From contig NZ_JBEMAR010000003.1 of assembly GCF_040274945.1 (NCBI RefSeq), positions 88,994 through 152,993 of the forward strand: a stretch of 64,000 nucleotides of DNA, written 5' to 3'. The notes beneath the pieces were generated by a model that was not told the DNA's origin, searched no databases, and saw only the letters and a program-made list of their open reading frames with translations. The first letter of the stretch is position 1. Every line of letters starts with the position of its first letter. The translations under genes were made by a program, and so were the position numbers. Positions 29,803 to 42,012 of this stretch are shown here, piece after piece. The DNA is from Carnobacterium sp. GTDB lineage: Bacteria > Bacillota > Bacilli > Lactobacillales > Carnobacteriaceae.

Positions 29803-31074
29803 TTATTTTGTAAACTGGATGGCTTTTTCTCCGATATCAAAACGATAGAACGTATGCGCTATCGGATTATTCGTTAAGTAGTGGTAAGCCTTGTCTTGGG
29901 CTTCTTGTAACGTTGAACCTTGTGCTGCAACAAATAAAATACGCCCTCCATCAGAAATAAGACTGCTTTTCTCTTTCTTCATACCCGCAGTATAAATGGT
30001 ACAACCTAAATCTGCGGTAGTCATCTGTGGTAACGGAATATCTTTTATCGTATTTTCTGGGTAACCTTCAGCTGCAACAACAACACCTAGTGTATAGCGG
30101 TCCGTGTGCATTTTAATAACTGGATCTTTTTCATTTAAGATATCATCAATCACTTGTGCCAAATCAGAATCTAGCTGGTTCAAAATAACTTGGGTTTCGG
30201 GATCACCAAAACGAGCATTAAATTCGATGACCCTCAGACCATTTTTTGTCATCATCAATCCAGCGTAAATGACCCCTTTGAAAGGACGTGATTCAGCAAC
30301 CATTGCATTCACAGTTGGTTTTATGACCGTCTCCAAAACTTCTTGAATCACCGATTCAGAAACTTGCGGTACTGGAGAATAAGCGCCCATACCACCTGTA
30401 TTCGGTCCTTTATCCCCATCATAGGCCCGTTTATGATCTTGGGCAACGCCGGCATAATAATAGTTCGATCCATTTACAAGCGCAAATAAAGAAAATTCTT
30501 CACCCTCGAGGTATTCTTCAATAACGACTTTGGGTTTGCCGGCTGCGTACTTCCCTTTCACTAACATATCACTTAAAGCATTTGTTGCTTCTTTCAGAGT
30601 CATCGCAACGACTACCCCTTTTCCAGCTGCTAAACCATCTGCTTTAATGACAATGGGTACGCCTTGGTTTTCCACATATGCTAAAGCGGCATTATGATCT
30701 TCAAATATTTCATACGTTGCGGTTGGAATAGCATATTTTTCCATCAATTCTTTTGCAAATTGTTTTGAACATTCTAAGTCTGCTGCTTTTTTGCTTGGTC
30801 CAAAAACCTTTAATCCAGCACTATCGAAATCATCTACTAATCCTTCAAACAGAGCTATTTCCGGTCCAATAAACGTCCAAGTAATTTTTTCTGATTTCAC
30901 AAAATGAATCAACGCTTGATGATCATTTTCTGCAATATCAACCAATTGGATGCCATCATTTTCCATCCCAATATTTCCTTTAGCACAATATACAGCTTCT
31001 ACTAATGAGCTTTCTTTGAATTTTTTTGCGATGGCATGCTCACGGCCACCACTGCCGATAACAAGAAGTTTCAT
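29803..31074 (-). CDS. purD: Phosphoribosylamine-glycine ligase
   Basis: GSGGREHA, KADGLAAGKGV, GPNTGGMGAYSP, EFNARFGDPETQ. Confidence 0.98.
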   Translation of the reverse strand: MKLLVIGSGGREHAIAKKFKESSLVEAVYCAKGNIGMENDGIQLVDIAENDHQALIHFVKSEKITWTFIGPEIALFEGLVDDFDSAGLKVFGPSKKAADLECSKQFAKELMEKYAIPTATYEIFEDHNAALAYVENQGVPIVIKADGLAAGKGVVVAMTLKEATNALSDMLVKGKYAAGKPKVVIEEYLEGEEFSLFALVNGSNYYYAGVAQDHKRAYDGDKGPNTGGMGAYSPVPQVSESVIQEVLETVIKPTVNAMVAESRPFKGVIYAGLMMTKNGLRVIEFNARFGDPETQVILNQLDSDLAQVIDDILNEKDPVIKMHTDRYTLGVVVAAEGYPENTIKDIPLPQMTTADLGCTIYTAGMKKEKSSLISDGGRILFVAAQGSTLQEAQDKAYHYLTNNPIAHTFYRFDIGEKAIQFTK

Positions 31075-31176
31075 CTACGAAATCCTCCAATTTTTTTTAT
31101 TGAATTAGGATATGTTTGAAAGCTAATAACTATTCTGATTTTTGGGCTAGCTGAGAAAGATAGGATAACTACAGTA

Positions 31177-31273
31177 AATATTGACTTTCAGTTAATCAAA
31201 CTAGCGCTTGTTGTAGCTACTCAAATGAATATCAACTTTTAGTTAATCGAACTAGCGCTCGTTGCAGCTACTC
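31177..31273. repeat. Tandem 46-nt direct repeat (period 51) in the purH-purD spacer
   Basis: 31177-31222 versus 31228-31273; 40 of 46 positions identical. Confidence 0.85.
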
Positions 31274-31365
31274 GCTGCTTAATAAGATAGTTTTAAAACA
31301 CTCCCTAGTTAGTTTTTGCTGTATTTTGGATTTGTTCAGTACTGTGTTGCATTCTAGTCTATTTC

Positions 31366-32907
31366 TTAATGTCTAAAATGACGTACACCAGTTTTCAGCA
31401 TGGTCATTCCGTATTTATTTGCCATTTCAATAGACTCTTTGTCTTTAATGCTTCCTCCTGGTTGAATGATTGCTTTGATGCCATGTTTTGCGGCATATTC
31501 CACACTATCGTTCATAGGAAAGAAAGCATCACTAGCCAGTACAGCACCTTCTATAGCGTTACTCGCTTTAGCCTGCTCAATTGCGATCTTAACAGCTCCG
31601 ATTCGGTTCATTTGACCGGCCCCAATTCCCACGGTCTGTTTGCTAGTTGCCAGCACGATAGCATTGCTCTTTACATGCTTAACTATTCTCCATGCAAAAT
31701 CCATAGCTTTCATTTCGTCTTCGGTCGGTTTACGGTCCGTCAGTACTTCCCAATTTACCACTGTATCTTCAGTACTCATATCTTGTGTTTGTTCCAATAT
31801 ACCACCCAATACAGAAACAACTTCTTTGCCGCCTACTTTTGCAGTTGAGAAATCCAAAGTCATGATACGGATATTTTTTTTCTTCGATAGCGTATCTAAC
31901 GCTTCTTTTGTATAACTTGGCGCAAGAACGATTTCTAAGAACATACTGTTCAGTTTTTCTGCTGTCACATTATCCAATTGGCGGTTGGCAACTACGATTC
32001 CTCCAAAGATTGAGACTGGATCCGCTGCGTAACAGCGATCAAAAGCCTCTTCAATCGTTTCAGCAATGCCCACTCCACATGGGTTCATATGTTTGACAGC
32101 AACCACTGCCGGTTCATCAAATTCACGTATGATACGAATAGCAGCGTCTGCGTCTTTAATGTTATTGTACGATAATTCTTTTCCATGTAATTGACGAGCA
32201 TTTGCAATCGAGAATGGGACAACAAGCGACTCTTGATAGAAAGTAGCGACTTGATGTCCATTTTCACCATAGCGTAGTTTTTGTTTCAAATCATAGGTCA
32301 ACGTTAATTTTTCAGGTTCTTCTTCACCAACACTAGTGGTCAAATATTGCGCAATCAAGGCATCATAACTTGCGGTGTGACGAAAGACTTTTGCAGCTAA
32401 AGCTTGACGTGTTTTAATCGTTGTTGCTCCTTTTTCTTCCAGCTCATCGAGGACTTTACTATAATCAGCTGGATCCGTTAAAACGGTCACACTTGCATAA
32501 TTCTTAGCCGCACTACGCAACATACTAGGGCCGCCAATATCAATATTTTCAATGGCTTCTTCTAAAGTAACATCCTTTTTGCTGATCGTTTCTTTAAATG
32601 GGTAAAGGTTTACCACCACAAAATCAATCGGTATGATGTTGTGTTTTTCCATTGCCGACATGTGTTCAGGTAGATCACGTCTCCCCAATAAACCACCATG
32701 AATAAGTGGATGCAAGGTTTTGACACGACCATCCATCATTTCTGGAAATCCAGTCACGTCTTCGACAGAAACGGTCGGGACACCTGCATCTTCTAATGCC
32801 TTTTTGGTTCCACCAGTTGAAATAATTTCGATGCCTTTTGCCACTAATGCTTGTGCGAATGGTACAATACCTGCCTTATCTGAAACGCTAATCAATGCTC
32901 TTGTCAC
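31366..32907 (-). CDS. purH: Bifunctional AICAR transformylase/IMP cyclohydrolase
   Basis: [38 protein letters not shown]. Confidence 0.98.
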   Translation of the reverse strand: MTRALISVSDKAGIVPFAQALVAKGIEIISTGGTKKALEDAGVPTVSVEDVTGFPEMMDGRVKTLHPLIHGGLLGRRDLPEHMSAMEKHNIIPIDFVVVNLYPFKETISKKDVTLEEAIENIDIGGPSMLRSAAKNYASVTVLTDPADYSKVLDELEEKGATTIKTRQALAAKVFRHTASYDALIAQYLTTSVGEEEPEKLTLTYDLKQKLRYGENGHQVATFYQESLVVPFSIANARQLHGKELSYNNIKDADAAIRIIREFDEPAVVAVKHMNPCGVGIAETIEEAFDRCYAADPVSIFGGIVVANRQLDNVTAEKLNSMFLEIVLAPSYTKEALDTLSKKKNIRIMTLDFSTAKVGGKEVVSVLGGILEQTQDMSTEDTVVNWEVLTDRKPTEDEMKAMDFAWRIVKHVKSNAIVLATSKQTVGIGAGQMNRIGAVKIAIEQAKASNAIEGAVLASDAFFPMNDSVEYAAKHGIKAIIQPGGSIKDKESIEMANKYGMTMLKTGVRHFRH

Positions 32908-32927
32908 TCTACGCCACTCCTCAATTT

Positions 32928-33512
32928 TTATTCACTCTTTTTAATGGTTTTATTTTCAATCACTTTTTGAATGACCTGCGGAAAAAGACGGTGCTCTACT
33001 TGATGTATTCTGGTCTCCAGAGAGTCTAGTGTATCTTCAGGTAAAATAGCCACCTTCTCTTGTGCGATAATGGGTCCAGTGTCTACCCCTGCATCAACAA
33101 CGTGCACCGTCACACCAGTTTCCTTTTCGTTTGCTTCAAATGCGTCTTGAATGCTGCTTTTACCAGGATAATATGGCAATAAAGAAGGATGGATATTCAA
33201 GATACGATTTGCATACGCCGTTAGCAATGTCGGCCCAATAATTCTCATGTATCCTGCCAATACAATTAAATCCACCGCGTTTAGTTCAAGCTGTTTCAAT
33301 AGTTCTGACTCATAGGCTGCTCGATTCTCATAGTTTTTCGGACTGAAGACTGTAAAAGGGATACCCATTTTTTTTGCACGCTCTATGACAGAGGCTTTCG
33401 GATTGTCGCAAAACAGGAAGCAAAGGGTTGCATCGACTTGTTTGGAGGCGATTGCCTCTGCTATCGCTTGGAAATTAGAACCATTTCCTGAAGCAAATAC
33501 AGCTATTCTCAT
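32928..33512 (-). CDS. purN: GAR transformylase
   Basis: [33 protein letters not shown]. Confidence 0.98.
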   Translation of the reverse strand: MRIAVFASGNGSNFQAIAEAIASKQVDATLCFLFCDNPKASVIERAKKMGIPFTVFSPKNYENRAAYESELLKQLELNAVDLIVLAGYMRIIGPTLLTAYANRILNIHPSLLPYYPGKSSIQDAFEANEKETGVTVHVVDAGVDTGPIIAQEKVAILPEDTLDSLETRIHQVEHRLFPQVIQKVIENKTIKKSE

Positions 33513-34558
33513 AGTTGCTTCTCTTTCAAAATGACCTTTTCCTCTGATTCCTTTGAAATTACCGAACCAATCACATAGCCTTTTTCGTTGTTCTCTAAAA
33601 GAACGGCCAATACTTCAGGTACTTTTTCAGGAGCAACAGAAAGAACCATGCCGATTCCCATGTTGAATATTTCATACATGTCACCTTCTGGTATTTTACC
33701 GATTGTTTGCATCGTTTGAAAAATTGGCAACACTGGCCAGCTCCCTAACTGAATGTGAGCTTGTACGTTTTCAGGAAGCATCCGTGGAATATTTTCAACA
33801 AATCCGCCCCCTGTGATATGTGCAGCACTATGAAGCAACTGTTTTTTTATCAGTGGCAGTAAAGCATTAACGTAAATTTTTGTTGGCGTCAATAAAACAT
33901 CGCCCAACTCTTGATCACCTAATTCTGGTATTTTATCCATTAATGTATACGCATGATCTTTAAAGAAAATTTTTCGTACTAACGAATAACCATTTGAATG
34001 GATTCCCGTTGAAGGTAACCCAATCAACATGTCCCCTTCTTTGACTAACGTAGCAGACAATAAAGCATCTTTTTCAGCAATACCAACCGTAAATCCAGCC
34101 AAATCAAAATCTTCCGGATCATACATATCCGGCATTTCAGCTGTTTCACCGCCAATTAAAGCCGCTCCTGATTGGACACACCCTTCTGCCACACCAGCTA
34201 CAATTTGCTCGATTTCTTCAGGATGGTTTTTCCCGACCGCAATGTAATCTAAGAAATAAAGGGGTTCTGCTCCTTGTGCCACAACATCATTGACACACAT
34301 CGCGACACAATCGATTCCAATTGTGTCCCATTTTCCAGATTCAATGGCCAACAGTAGTTTTGTACCAACGCCATCTGTCCCAGATATAAGAATGGGCTTT
34401 TTATAGTTGAGTTCACCAAGATCAAAATGACCGCCGAATCCACCGATTTCACCAAAAACACCCGGCCGTTTGGTACGTTTGACATGTTTTTTGATGCGTT
34501 CGACTGCTTCATAACCCGCTGTGACATCGACACCCGCTTTCGCATAGGCATTTCCCAT
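33509..34558 (-). CDS. purM: AIR synthetase
   Basis: [32 protein letters not shown]. Confidence 0.98.
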   Translation of the reverse strand: MGNAYAKAGVDVTAGYEAVERIKKHVKRTKRPGVFGEIGGFGGHFDLGELNYKKPILISGTDGVGTKLLLAIESGKWDTIGIDCVAMCVNDVVAQGAEPLYFLDYIAVGKNHPEEIEQIVAGVAEGCVQSGAALIGGETAEMPDMYDPEDFDLAGFTVGIAEKDALLSATLVKEGDMLIGLPSTGIHSNGYSLVRKIFFKDHAYTLMDKIPELGDQELGDVLLTPTKIYVNALLPLIKKQLLHSAAHITGGGFVENIPRMLPENVQAHIQLGSWPVLPIFQTMQTIGKIPEGDMYEIFNMGIGMVLSVAPEKVPEVLAVLLENNEKGYVIGSVISKESEEKVILKEKQL

Positions 34559-34560
34559 TA

Positions 34561-36015
34561 TTACCCTCCCCTAAGATTTTCTTTTTGAATTTCGGTCATA
34601 TTCTTTAGGTAGTCCTCTTCGTAGTCATACAGTCCTGCTGGATAATCCCCATTAAAACTGTCCATGCATAAACCTGAGTAAGGACTATCAAATTTCAATC
34701 CAATTGAATCAATTAAGCCTTCTTGGCTGAGAAATGACAAACTGTCTGCTCCGATAGACTCACACATTTCAGGAACTGTCATTCTTGCAGCAATCAGTTC
34801 AGCAGATTTGCTAATGTCGATTCCGTAAAAACTTGGATACATCAAGGGAGGAGAAGCGATGCGAACATGGACCTCTTTCGCTCCGGCTTCTTTCAATAAT
34901 GTGACAATTCGTTTACTTGTTGTACCTCGGACGATCGAGTCATCTACCATGACAACAATTTTCCCTTGCACGACTCCTTTTACGGCAGATAACTTCATTT
35001 TCGCACCCAATTCGCGCAGTTCTTGTGTCGGTTGGATAAATGTGCGACCTACATATTGATTCTTAATCAGACCCATTTCATAGGGGATTCCACTCTCTTC
35101 AGCAAAACCGCTAGCTGCGGATAATGACGAGTTAGGAACACCAATAACGATATCCGCATTCACCATAGGGGATTCTAGTGCCAACCGTTTTCCCATTCTT
35201 TTGCGAGCCGTATGTACATTCACACCGGCTATGTTTGAATCTGGTCGAGCAAAATAGATATATTCCATTGCCGCAATGGAAATACTGGTATCCTCTGTGT
35301 ATTTTTCAATCGTTAGGCCATTGCGATCAATAATTGCCAACTCTCCAGCGTTAACATTACGGACAAACTCTGCACCAATGGTATCTATCGCACATGTTTC
35401 ACTTGCCATCACATAGGCACCATTTGGCAATCGTCCAATCACGAGTGGGCGTAAAGAGTTCGCATCAACAGCACCGAACATTTTTTCCTCCGTCATAAGA
35501 ACATAAGTAAACCCACCTTTAACAAGGTTCAGACTTTCCTTTATTTTATTGATCAACGTGTCTTTCTGACTACGTCTAATGAGATGGATTAACACTTCCG
35601 TATCTGATGTCGAATGAAAGATCGCTCCATCTTCTTCCAGATTACGTCGCAAGCTCTTGGCATTCACCAAGTTTCCATTGTGACAGATAGCGATATCTAA
35701 ATCGTAGAAATGGTACAAGAAAGGCTGTACGTTTTCGATGCTATTCTGTCCAGATGTGGAATAGCGTACGTGTCCGATAGCACGATCTCCTGACAATCGT
35801 TTAAGATCGTCTCCATTTTTGAAGACTTCACTAATCAACCCCAGATTGCGATGAACCAATAGTTTCCCATTATCACAAGAAACGATTCCAGCACCTTCTT
35901 GTCCGCGATGCTGCAAACTATGCAATCCAAAATAAGTCAGTTGGCTAGCACTTGGATCACCCCAAATGCCAAACACCCCACACTCTTCATTTAAGCTTTT
36001 TGTTTCAGCAAACAT
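34561..36015 (-). CDS. purF: Amidophosphoribosyltransferase
   Basis: [24 protein letters not shown]. Start at ATG 36015 is likely. Confidence 0.98.
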   Translation of the reverse strand: MFAETKSLNEECGVFGIWGDPSASQLTYFGLHSLQHRGQEGAGIVSCDNGKLLVHRNLGLISEVFKNGDDLKRLSGDRAIGHVRYSTSGQNSIENVQPFLYHFYDLDIAICHNGNLVNAKSLRRNLEEDGAIFHSTSDTEVLIHLIRRSQKDTLINKIKESLNLVKGGFTYVLMTEEKMFGAVDANSLRPLVIGRLPNGAYVMASETCAIDTIGAEFVRNVNAGELAIIDRNGLTIEKYTEDTSISIAAMEYIYFARPDSNIAGVNVHTARKRMGKRLALESPMVNADIVIGVPNSSLSAASGFAEESGIPYEMGLIKNQYVGRTFIQPTQELRELGAKMKLSAVKGVVQGKIVVMVDDSIVRGTTSKRIVTLLKEAGAKEVHVRIASPPLMYPSFYGIDISKSAELIAARMTVPEMCESIGADSLSFLSQEGLIDSIGLKFDSPYSGLCMDSFNGDYPAGLYDYEEDYLKNMTEIQKENLRGG

Positions 36016-38222
36016 GGGATAGCCTCCTGCCATTTCATTTCTACTTCTTTTATGGATAAAGCAATTGTTTCGTTTTCAGTAGCTATTTTTGCGAATCCAT
36101 TATTTTCCACTGTCCCAATCTCTGTTGCAGTCGACTTGACTAGCGCTTTGAATGCAAGGACATTTTCAGGTTTCACTGTTAAAATAAATCGCGATTGCGT
36201 TTCACTAAATAACCATGTTTTATCCATCGCAACTGTTACATCGAATCCCAATGCCGTATCGAATACGCTCTCCATCAAACCGACAGCCAATCCACCTTCT
36301 GATAAATCGTGTGCACTTTCAATCAGTCCAGCTTGGATGGCTTTCAAAACAATGTCTTGGTTCTCTTTTTCGGTCGTCAAGTCGAAGTCCATTAGTTTCC
36401 CTTCGATTTTTCCCAATTCTAATTTTTGTAATTCGGAACCATTAAAATCCGCTTTTGTGTCGCCAATGATGAAAATTCGATCATTGGCATTTTTGAATGC
36501 TTGGGTTGTGATGTGTTTGCTATCTTCGATCAGACCGACCATGCCAATCAACGGTGTCGGATAAATAGCTTCGCCATCCATTTCATTGTAGAGCGATACA
36601 TTACCCGAGATCACTGGGGTATTCAATAAACGACAGGCTTCTGATATGCCATCTGCAGAAGTGCTCAATTCCCAGAAAATTTCAGGTTTGTCAGGATTTC
36701 CGTAGTTCAGACAATCTGTGATCGCCAATGGTCTTCCTCCACTAGCCACAATATTACGAGCAGCCTCTGATACTGCCATCTGTCCACCAATCTCAGGATT
36801 TAAATAGATGTAACGACTATTACAATCCGTCGTCATCGCGATTGCTTTTTCAGTTCCACGTATGCGAATAACGGCGGCATCACTTCCTGGTCCCACAACT
36901 GTGCTCGTACGGACCATCGAATCATAGGTTTGGTAAATGTTTTTCTTTGAAGCAAGCGTTGGTTGTTGCAACAACTTAACCAGTGTTTCTGCAGCAGACG
37001 TAAAGGTTGGCTGATAGTCAGCCATTGCAGCAAATAGCGCGATGCGCTCAGGCTCTTGCATCGGTTTAAGGTATTCTGGTGCATCCTCTGCTAAAGCATC
37101 AACTGGTACATTAGCAACTTCTTTTCCATCATGAAAGAGACGATACAACCCATCATCTGTGACTTTCCCGATAGTAACAGCCTCTAATTCATATTTTTCA
37201 AATAACTCAATAATCCGTTGTTCTTCACCTTTCTTGATACACAACAACATCCGCTCTTGCGATTCAGAAAGCATGATTTCATAAGGGGTCATATGTGTTT
37301 CGCGTTGTGGGACATCATCCAAATTTAAAATCAATCCACTACCCGCTTTTGAAGCCATTTCAGCACTTGATGAAACAAGCCCTGCCGCTCCCATATCCTG
37401 GATTCCAATCAATGCATCAGAATAATCATAAATACATTCTAGACAAGCTTCCATCAATAGTTTTTCCATAAACGGATCTCCTACTTGGACAGCAGAACGT
37501 TGCGCTTCTTCTTCCTCTTTGAATTCAACAGAAGCAAACGTCGCTCCATGAATACCATCACGCCCCGTTTTTGCGCCTACATACATGATTGTGTTCCCTG
37601 TCCCTTTAGCTTGCCCTTTTTGAATATCTTTTTGGTCGATCAAGCCGACACACATGACATTCACCAAAGGATTGCCTTTGTAACAAGGATCAAAAACAGT
37701 TTCCCCACCAACCGTTGGAATACCGATACAATTACCGTAACCACTAACTCCAGCTACAACTTCTTCGAAAATATATTTTGTGCGTTCGTTGTCTAGCTCA
37801 CCGAAACGCAAAGAGTCAAGAATCGCGATTGGACGAGCTCCCATACTAAAAATATCGCGAATAATACCTCCAACACCAGTCGCTGCTCCTTCGTATGGCT
37901 CAACCGCAGATGGGTGATTATGGCTTTCCACCTTAAAAACCACCGCTTGACCATCACCAATGTCAACAATACCCGCACCTTCACCCGGTCCTTGCAACAC
38001 TTGTGTCCCTGAAGTAGGAAATTTCCGCAGAATCGATTTTGAGTTTTTATAAGAGCAATGTTCACTCCACATAACAGAGAACAGACCCGTCTCGGTGTAG
38101 TTTGGTAAACGGTGCAAGATATCTTCACTGATGATTGCGTACTCTTCGTCAGTCAACCCCCATTCACGATAGACTTCCAACTCTTTTACTTGTTCGGGTG
38201 TTGGTTCCAAAAAAACCATCAT
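35991..38222 (-). CDS. purL: FGAM synthase subunit PurL
   Basis: [33 protein letters not shown] 38222 overlaps the purQ stop (ATGA). Confidence 0.98.
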   Translation of the reverse strand: MMVFLEPTPEQVKELEVYREWGLTDEEYAIISEDILHRLPNYTETGLFSVMWSEHCSYKNSKSILRKFPTSGTQVLQGPGEGAGIVDIGDGQAVVFKVESHNHPSAVEPYEGAATGVGGIIRDIFSMGARPIAILDSLRFGELDNERTKYIFEEVVAGVSGYGNCIGIPTVGGETVFDPCYKGNPLVNVMCVGLIDQKDIQKGQAKGTGNTIMYVGAKTGRDGIHGATFASVEFKEEEEAQRSAVQVGDPFMEKLLMEACLECIYDYSDALIGIQDMGAAGLVSSSAEMASKAGSGLILNLDDVPQRETHMTPYEIMLSESQERMLLCIKKGEEQRIIELFEKYELEAVTIGKVTDDGLYRLFHDGKEVANVPVDALAEDAPEYLKPMQEPERIALFAAMADYQPTFTSAAETLVKLLQQPTLASKKNIYQTYDSMVRTSTVVGPGSDAAVIRIRGTEKAIAMTTDCNSRYIYLNPEIGGQMAVSEAARNIVASGGRPLAITDCLNYGNPDKPEIFWELSTSADGISEACRLLNTPVISGNVSLYNEMDGEAIYPTPLIGMVGLIEDSKHITTQAFKNANDRIFIIGDTKADFNGSELQKLELGKIEGKLMDFDLTTEKENQDIVLKAIQAGLIESAHDLSEGGLAVGLMESVFDTALGFDVTVAMDKTWLFSETQSRFILTVKPENVLAFKALVKSTATEIGTVENNGFAKIATENETIALSIKEVEMKWQEAIPCLLKQKA

Positions 38223-38899
38223 TGGCACAGCTCCTTCTGATAATTTTTATACATAGACTGGAATAATTTTAATCCATCATCTGAACCCAGTAATGCTTCA
38301 ACAGCTCGTTCAGGATGAGGCATCATACCCAATACATTTCCTTGCTTATTGATAATGCCCGCTATATTTTCGATGCTTCCGTTTGGATTATCATTCGCAT
38401 ACGTAAAAACAATTTGATTGTTGTCCTTCAATTGCTGTAACGTTTCTTTATCACAATAGTAATTCCCCTCACCGTGTGCGACAGGTACAGTAATGATTTC
38501 TCCATGTCCGTAGCCTGATGTAAATGATGTATGTACGTTTTCTACTTTTAGATTTTGCTGCTTAGAGATGAATTTCAGTGATTCATTGCGCCGTAATGCT
38601 CCCGGTAATAAACCCGCTTCTGTCAAAATTTGAAATCCATTACACGCTCCAAAAACAGGTTTTCCCTCTTCAGCAAATCGAATCACTTCAGCCATAATAG
38701 TGGAAAATCGGGCAATAGACCCCGTACGTAAGTAATCGCCGTAAGAGAATCCTCCTGGGAGTAATACTGCATCGAACCCTTGCAAGCTGTTTTCATAGTG
38801 CTGAACATATTCCGCGTCTTCCCCAAGACTATCTTTTACAGCTGTATACATGTCTAAGTCGCAATTGGATCCAGGAAAAACAATGATGGCAAATTTCAT
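38219..38899 (-). CDS. purQ: FGAM synthase glutaminase subunit
   Basis: [32 protein letters not shown]. Confidence 0.98.
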   Translation of the reverse strand: MKFAIIVFPGSNCDLDMYTAVKDSLGEDAEYVQHYENSLQGFDAVLLPGGFSYGDYLRTGSIARFSTIMAEVIRFAEEGKPVFGACNGFQILTEAGLLPGALRRNESLKFISKQQNLKVENVHTSFTSGYGHGEIITVPVAHGEGNYYCDKETLQQLKDNNQIVFTYANDNPNGSIENIAGIINKQGNVLGMMPHPERAVEALLGSDDGLKLFQSMYKNYQKELCQ

Positions 38900-39150
38900 T
38901 ACATTCCAACCTCCTGAATATCATACCGGTATGTTTCCATTACTACATTTGCTAAAAGTTTGTCACAGATTTCTTCAATTACGTGCTCGATATCCTTTTC
39001 ATCTTTAGAAACTTGGATTTCAAAATATTTTCCAATACGAATATTTTCGATTGACTCATATCCCATGCGATGAACCGCACCCTTGACTGCTTCCCCTTGC
39101 GGATCTAGAACGGAGTCTTTATAAGTGACATAAACGGTTACCTTATACAC
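38899..39150 (-). CDS. purS: FGAM synthase subunit PurS
   Basis: [21 protein letters not shown]. Confidence 0.97.
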   Translation of the reverse strand: MYKVTVYVTYKDSVLDPQGEAVKGAVHRMGYESIENIRIGKYFEIQVSKDEKDIEHVIEEICDKLLANVVMETYRYDIQEVGM

Positions 39151-39236
39151 GATTGAAACGCCTCACTTTTCTCTTTTGATTTATAGTGGTTGATTTTTCA
39201 TTAGTCTGTATCTAGATGAAAGGATAATTCGTTTAT

Positions 39237-39947
39237 TCAGATGTTGTTCAGCCGCTTCAATACTTCTGCGTAAACAGGAATGATATCTCCTATATCACGG
39301 CGATAAAGATCTTTGTCCAAATGTTCTTTCGTATTTATATCCCACAAACGACAAGTATCTGGAGAGATTTCATCAGCGAGGATGATTTTCCCATCCGCCG
39401 TTTTTCCAAATTCAATTTTAAAATCAATTAAGCGAATAGCGATTTTTTTGAACATTTCCACTAAGGCAGCATTGATCTCTAAGGCTTGTTTTTTTATTTC
39501 GCTCAGTTCTTCGTCTTTCGCAACATTTAGCATTTTAACGTGCGAGTCATTGATAAATGGATCATCCAGCTTATCATTTTTGTAATAAAACTCAAGAATC
39601 GGAAAAGGCAAATCGATTCCTTCCTCCATACCAAATCGTTTTGTAAAACTGCCGGCCGACGTGTTACGGACAACGACTTCTAAAGGAATCATTTCAACTT
39701 TACTTATTAATTGTTCGGTTTTTGACACTTCTTGGATATAATGACTTGAAAAGCCTTTTTCAGCTAAGTACGTGAATATCAAGCCCGTTATTTGGTTGTT
39801 CAGTTCTCCTTTCCCTTCAACATTTTCTTTTTTAGCACCATTTAACGAAGTTACTTGGTTTAAATACTCTGCTAAAAGAACGTTTTTTTGATTTGTCGCA
39901 TACATCTTTTTAGCTTTCCCAGTATAGAGCAATTCTTTCCTTTCCAT
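39237..39947 (-). CDS. purC: SAICAR synthetase
   Basis: LYTGKAK, IPLEVVVRN, DFKIEFG, LADEISPDTCRLWD. Start moved to ATG 39947. Confidence 0.97.
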   Translation of the reverse strand: MERKELLYTGKAKKMYATNQKNVLLAEYLNQVTSLNGAKKENVEGKGELNNQITGLIFTYLAEKGFSSHYIQEVSKTEQLISKVEMIPLEVVVRNTSAGSFTKRFGMEEGIDLPFPILEFYYKNDKLDDPFINDSHVKMLNVAKDEELSEIKKQALEINAALVEMFKKIAIRLIDFKIEFGKTADGKIILADEISPDTCRLWDINTKEHLDKDLYRRDIGDIIPVYAEVLKRLNNI

Positions 39948-39962
39948 TATCTCTTCCTTTCT

Positions 39963-40034
39963 ATTTACGAACATTAATTTACCATACCGTTTAATCATTC
40001 GTTTTAATTGTAGCACTCAACTTTTGATTGTCAA
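39963..40034 (-). promoter_or_regulatory. purC promoter with paired PurBoxes
   Basis: Minus-strand TTGACA (40029-40034), 16 nt, TG-C-TACAAT (40007-40012). CGAA (39968-39971) is followed by exactly 26 nt and then TTCG (39998-40001). Confidence 0.75.
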
Positions 40035-40091
40035 TGGAATATCCACTATTTTTTCAAATGATAAACGAACGAAACCTATCTTATTTCATCG

Positions 40092-40122
40092 AAAAAAGAC
40101 CGGAACAATAGCTCCAGTCTTT
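40092..40122. terminator. Hairpin between purK and purC
   Basis: AAAGACCGGA ... TCCAGTCTTT, with an A-run that reads as a U-tail on the minus strand. Confidence 0.55.
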
Positions 40123-40127
40123 CTAGG

Positions 40128-41285
40128 TTAATTCAGATTTAATTTTCTGTATGATTCATTCCAAATCCCGGTATTCTCTATTTCTATCAAGGTTTCTTCT
40201 ACATCGTTTGTCAAGATCGTGACGTGTCCGACTTTTCTGTTTGTATGTAAGTCTTCTTTCCCATAGTAATGAAACGACCATTCCGCTTTTTTATCACGGA
40301 ACGCTAAACTCCCTTCCATATGTTGCCCAAGAATATTGACCATAACGACACTCGAAAGCAAGCGTGCTTTTGGCATCGTCAGCCCAGCTACCGCTCGGAT
40401 ATGTGCATCAAACTGCGAAAGAGACATTGCTTCAATCGTGTAATGTCCTGAATTATGCGGACGAGGTGCCAGTTCATTGACGAAGATGACATCGTCTTTT
40501 GTCAAAAACAATTCGATTCCTAACGTTCCAATCAATTGCAACGCATCAGCAATCTGTTGAGCGGCTTCTACCGCTTTTTCGCTCACTTCTGGAGAAATCC
40601 GAGCGGGTACAATGGATTCATGTAAAATATTAGCGATATGGATATTCTCAGAAACAGGAAAAATGGTCGTTTCTCCTTTTTGGTTGCGAACAATCATGAC
40701 CGATAATTCTTTCGAAAAAGGTACCCAAGCTTCGAGAATACAGCTATTAGCAGCAATCAGCGCTTCTGTTGCTCCTTTATCCGCTTCTGATTTCAAGACA
40801 ACTTGCCCTTTGCCATCGTATCCAAAACGTGTGGTTTTCAAGACGCAAGGATAGCCAATTTTTTCAACGGCAGTATTCAGTTGGTCTATTGTTTCCACAA
40901 CCTCAAAGGGTGCAATCGAAACCCCACTAGACTCTAAAAACCGTTTTTCTTTGATTCGGTCTTGCGTAATAGCTACTACTTCGCTACCTTGCGGGATAGC
41001 TACCAACTCTTCCATCTCTTGTAATGCTTCTGCATCAATATTCTCAAATTCAAACGTTAAGACAGTTGCTCTTCTCGCAAACTCACGCAAAGCTTTTTTG
41101 TCTGCATAATCGGCACAGATGTTCCAATCAGACACTTGAGCTGCTGGACAATTTTGATTAGGATCCAAGATTCCAACAGTAAACCCCATCTTTTTTGCTG
41201 ATTGAGCCATCATCTTTCCTAATTGTCCGCCTCCAATAATTCCAATAGTATCTCTTGGTTTAAGTGTTTTATACAAGATTTTCAC
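40128..41285 (-). CDS. purK: N5-CAIR synthetase
   Basis: [38 protein letters not shown]. Confidence 0.98.
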   Translation of the reverse strand: MKILYKTLKPRDTIGIIGGGQLGKMMAQSAKKMGFTVGILDPNQNCPAAQVSDWNICADYADKKALREFARRATVLTFEFENIDAEALQEMEELVAIPQGSEVVAITQDRIKEKRFLESSGVSIAPFEVVETIDQLNTAVEKIGYPCVLKTTRFGYDGKGQVVLKSEADKGATEALIAANSCILEAWVPFSKELSVMIVRNQKGETTIFPVSENIHIANILHESIVPARISPEVSEKAVEAAQQIADALQLIGTLGIELFLTKDDVIFVNELAPRPHNSGHYTIEAMSLSQFDAHIRAVAGLTMPKARLLSSVVMVNILGQHMEGSLAFRDKKAEWSFHYYGKEDLHTNRKVGHVTILTNDVEETLIEIENTGIWNESYRKLNLN

Positions 41286-41757
41286 TACTTTCTATTACAC
41301 TTTTTTTAAGCCGATCACGTCTTACTTCCAATTTTTTTGCCAATTTTTCATCTTCAATAGAAAGAATCTGAACCGCAAGCAGTCCTGCATTCGCAGCTCC
41401 TGCTTTTCCAATCGCCACAGTAGCAACAGGTACACCCGCCGGCATTTGTACAATAGACAATAATGAATCCATTCCATTAAGTGCTCGAGTTTGTATCGGT
41501 ACGCCTATGACTGGCAACGTGGTTTTCGCTGCAATCATGCCCGGTAAATGAGCTGCACCTCCAGCTCCTGCAATGATTATTTTTATTCCCAATTCCCTTG
41601 CTTGTTCCGCAAAACTAAACATCAAATCGGGTGTCCGATGGGCTGATACCACCTTTTTTTCATACGCTACATCAAATTCATCCAAAATCGCACAGCAGTC
41701 TTTCATCGTTTCCCAATCCGAAGTGCTTCCCATAACAACGGAGACAATGGCATTCAT
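41269..41757 (-). CDS. purE: N5-CAIR mutase
   Basis: [34 protein letters not shown]. Confidence 0.98.
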   Translation of the reverse strand: MNAIVSVVMGSTSDWETMKDCCAILDEFDVAYEKKVVSAHRTPDLMFSFAEQARELGIKIIIAGAGGAAHLPGMIAAKTTLPVIGVPIQTRALNGMDSLLSIVQMPAGVPVATVAIGKAGAANAGLLAVQILSIEDEKLAKKLEVRRDRLKKSVIESSENLV

Positions 41758-41788
41758 TCATTTTCCTCCACTCTATTTTCTCACGTTC

Positions 41789-41849
41789 AATATAGCATAA
41801 CCCACCATTATTTTACAAACATTTAATAAATATAATCGTTTTTCGTTCG
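41789..41849 (-). promoter_or_regulatory. purE promoter with paired PurBoxes
   Basis: Extended -10 TG-C-TATATT (41789-41797) and -35 TTGTAA (41813-41818). CAAA (41816-41819), 26 nt, TTCG (41846-41849). Confidence 0.6.
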
Positions 41850-41951
41850 TTATTAAAGCTGTTAACGTTCATTGAAACGGCTTTTATAGTTACTTTTGCT
41901 AGATTATACGTATTTTTTTAGCGTTCACATTTTTAGTTCTATCAGAATATG

Positions 41952-41992
41952 AAAAAAGTTAAGGTCTGCTTACAGCATCCCTTAACTTTTTT
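41952..41992. terminator. Terminator downstream of the OYE-FMN-bind gene
   Basis: AAAAAAGTTAAGG ... CCTTAACTTTTTT. Confidence 0.8.
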
Positions 41993-42012
41993 GGTTAACT
42001 CAATGAGTATCT

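Noticed and set aside
31177-31273. Possible CRISPR array
   Set aside because: Only two units, a 5-nt gap rather than unique spacers, and no cas genes in the window.
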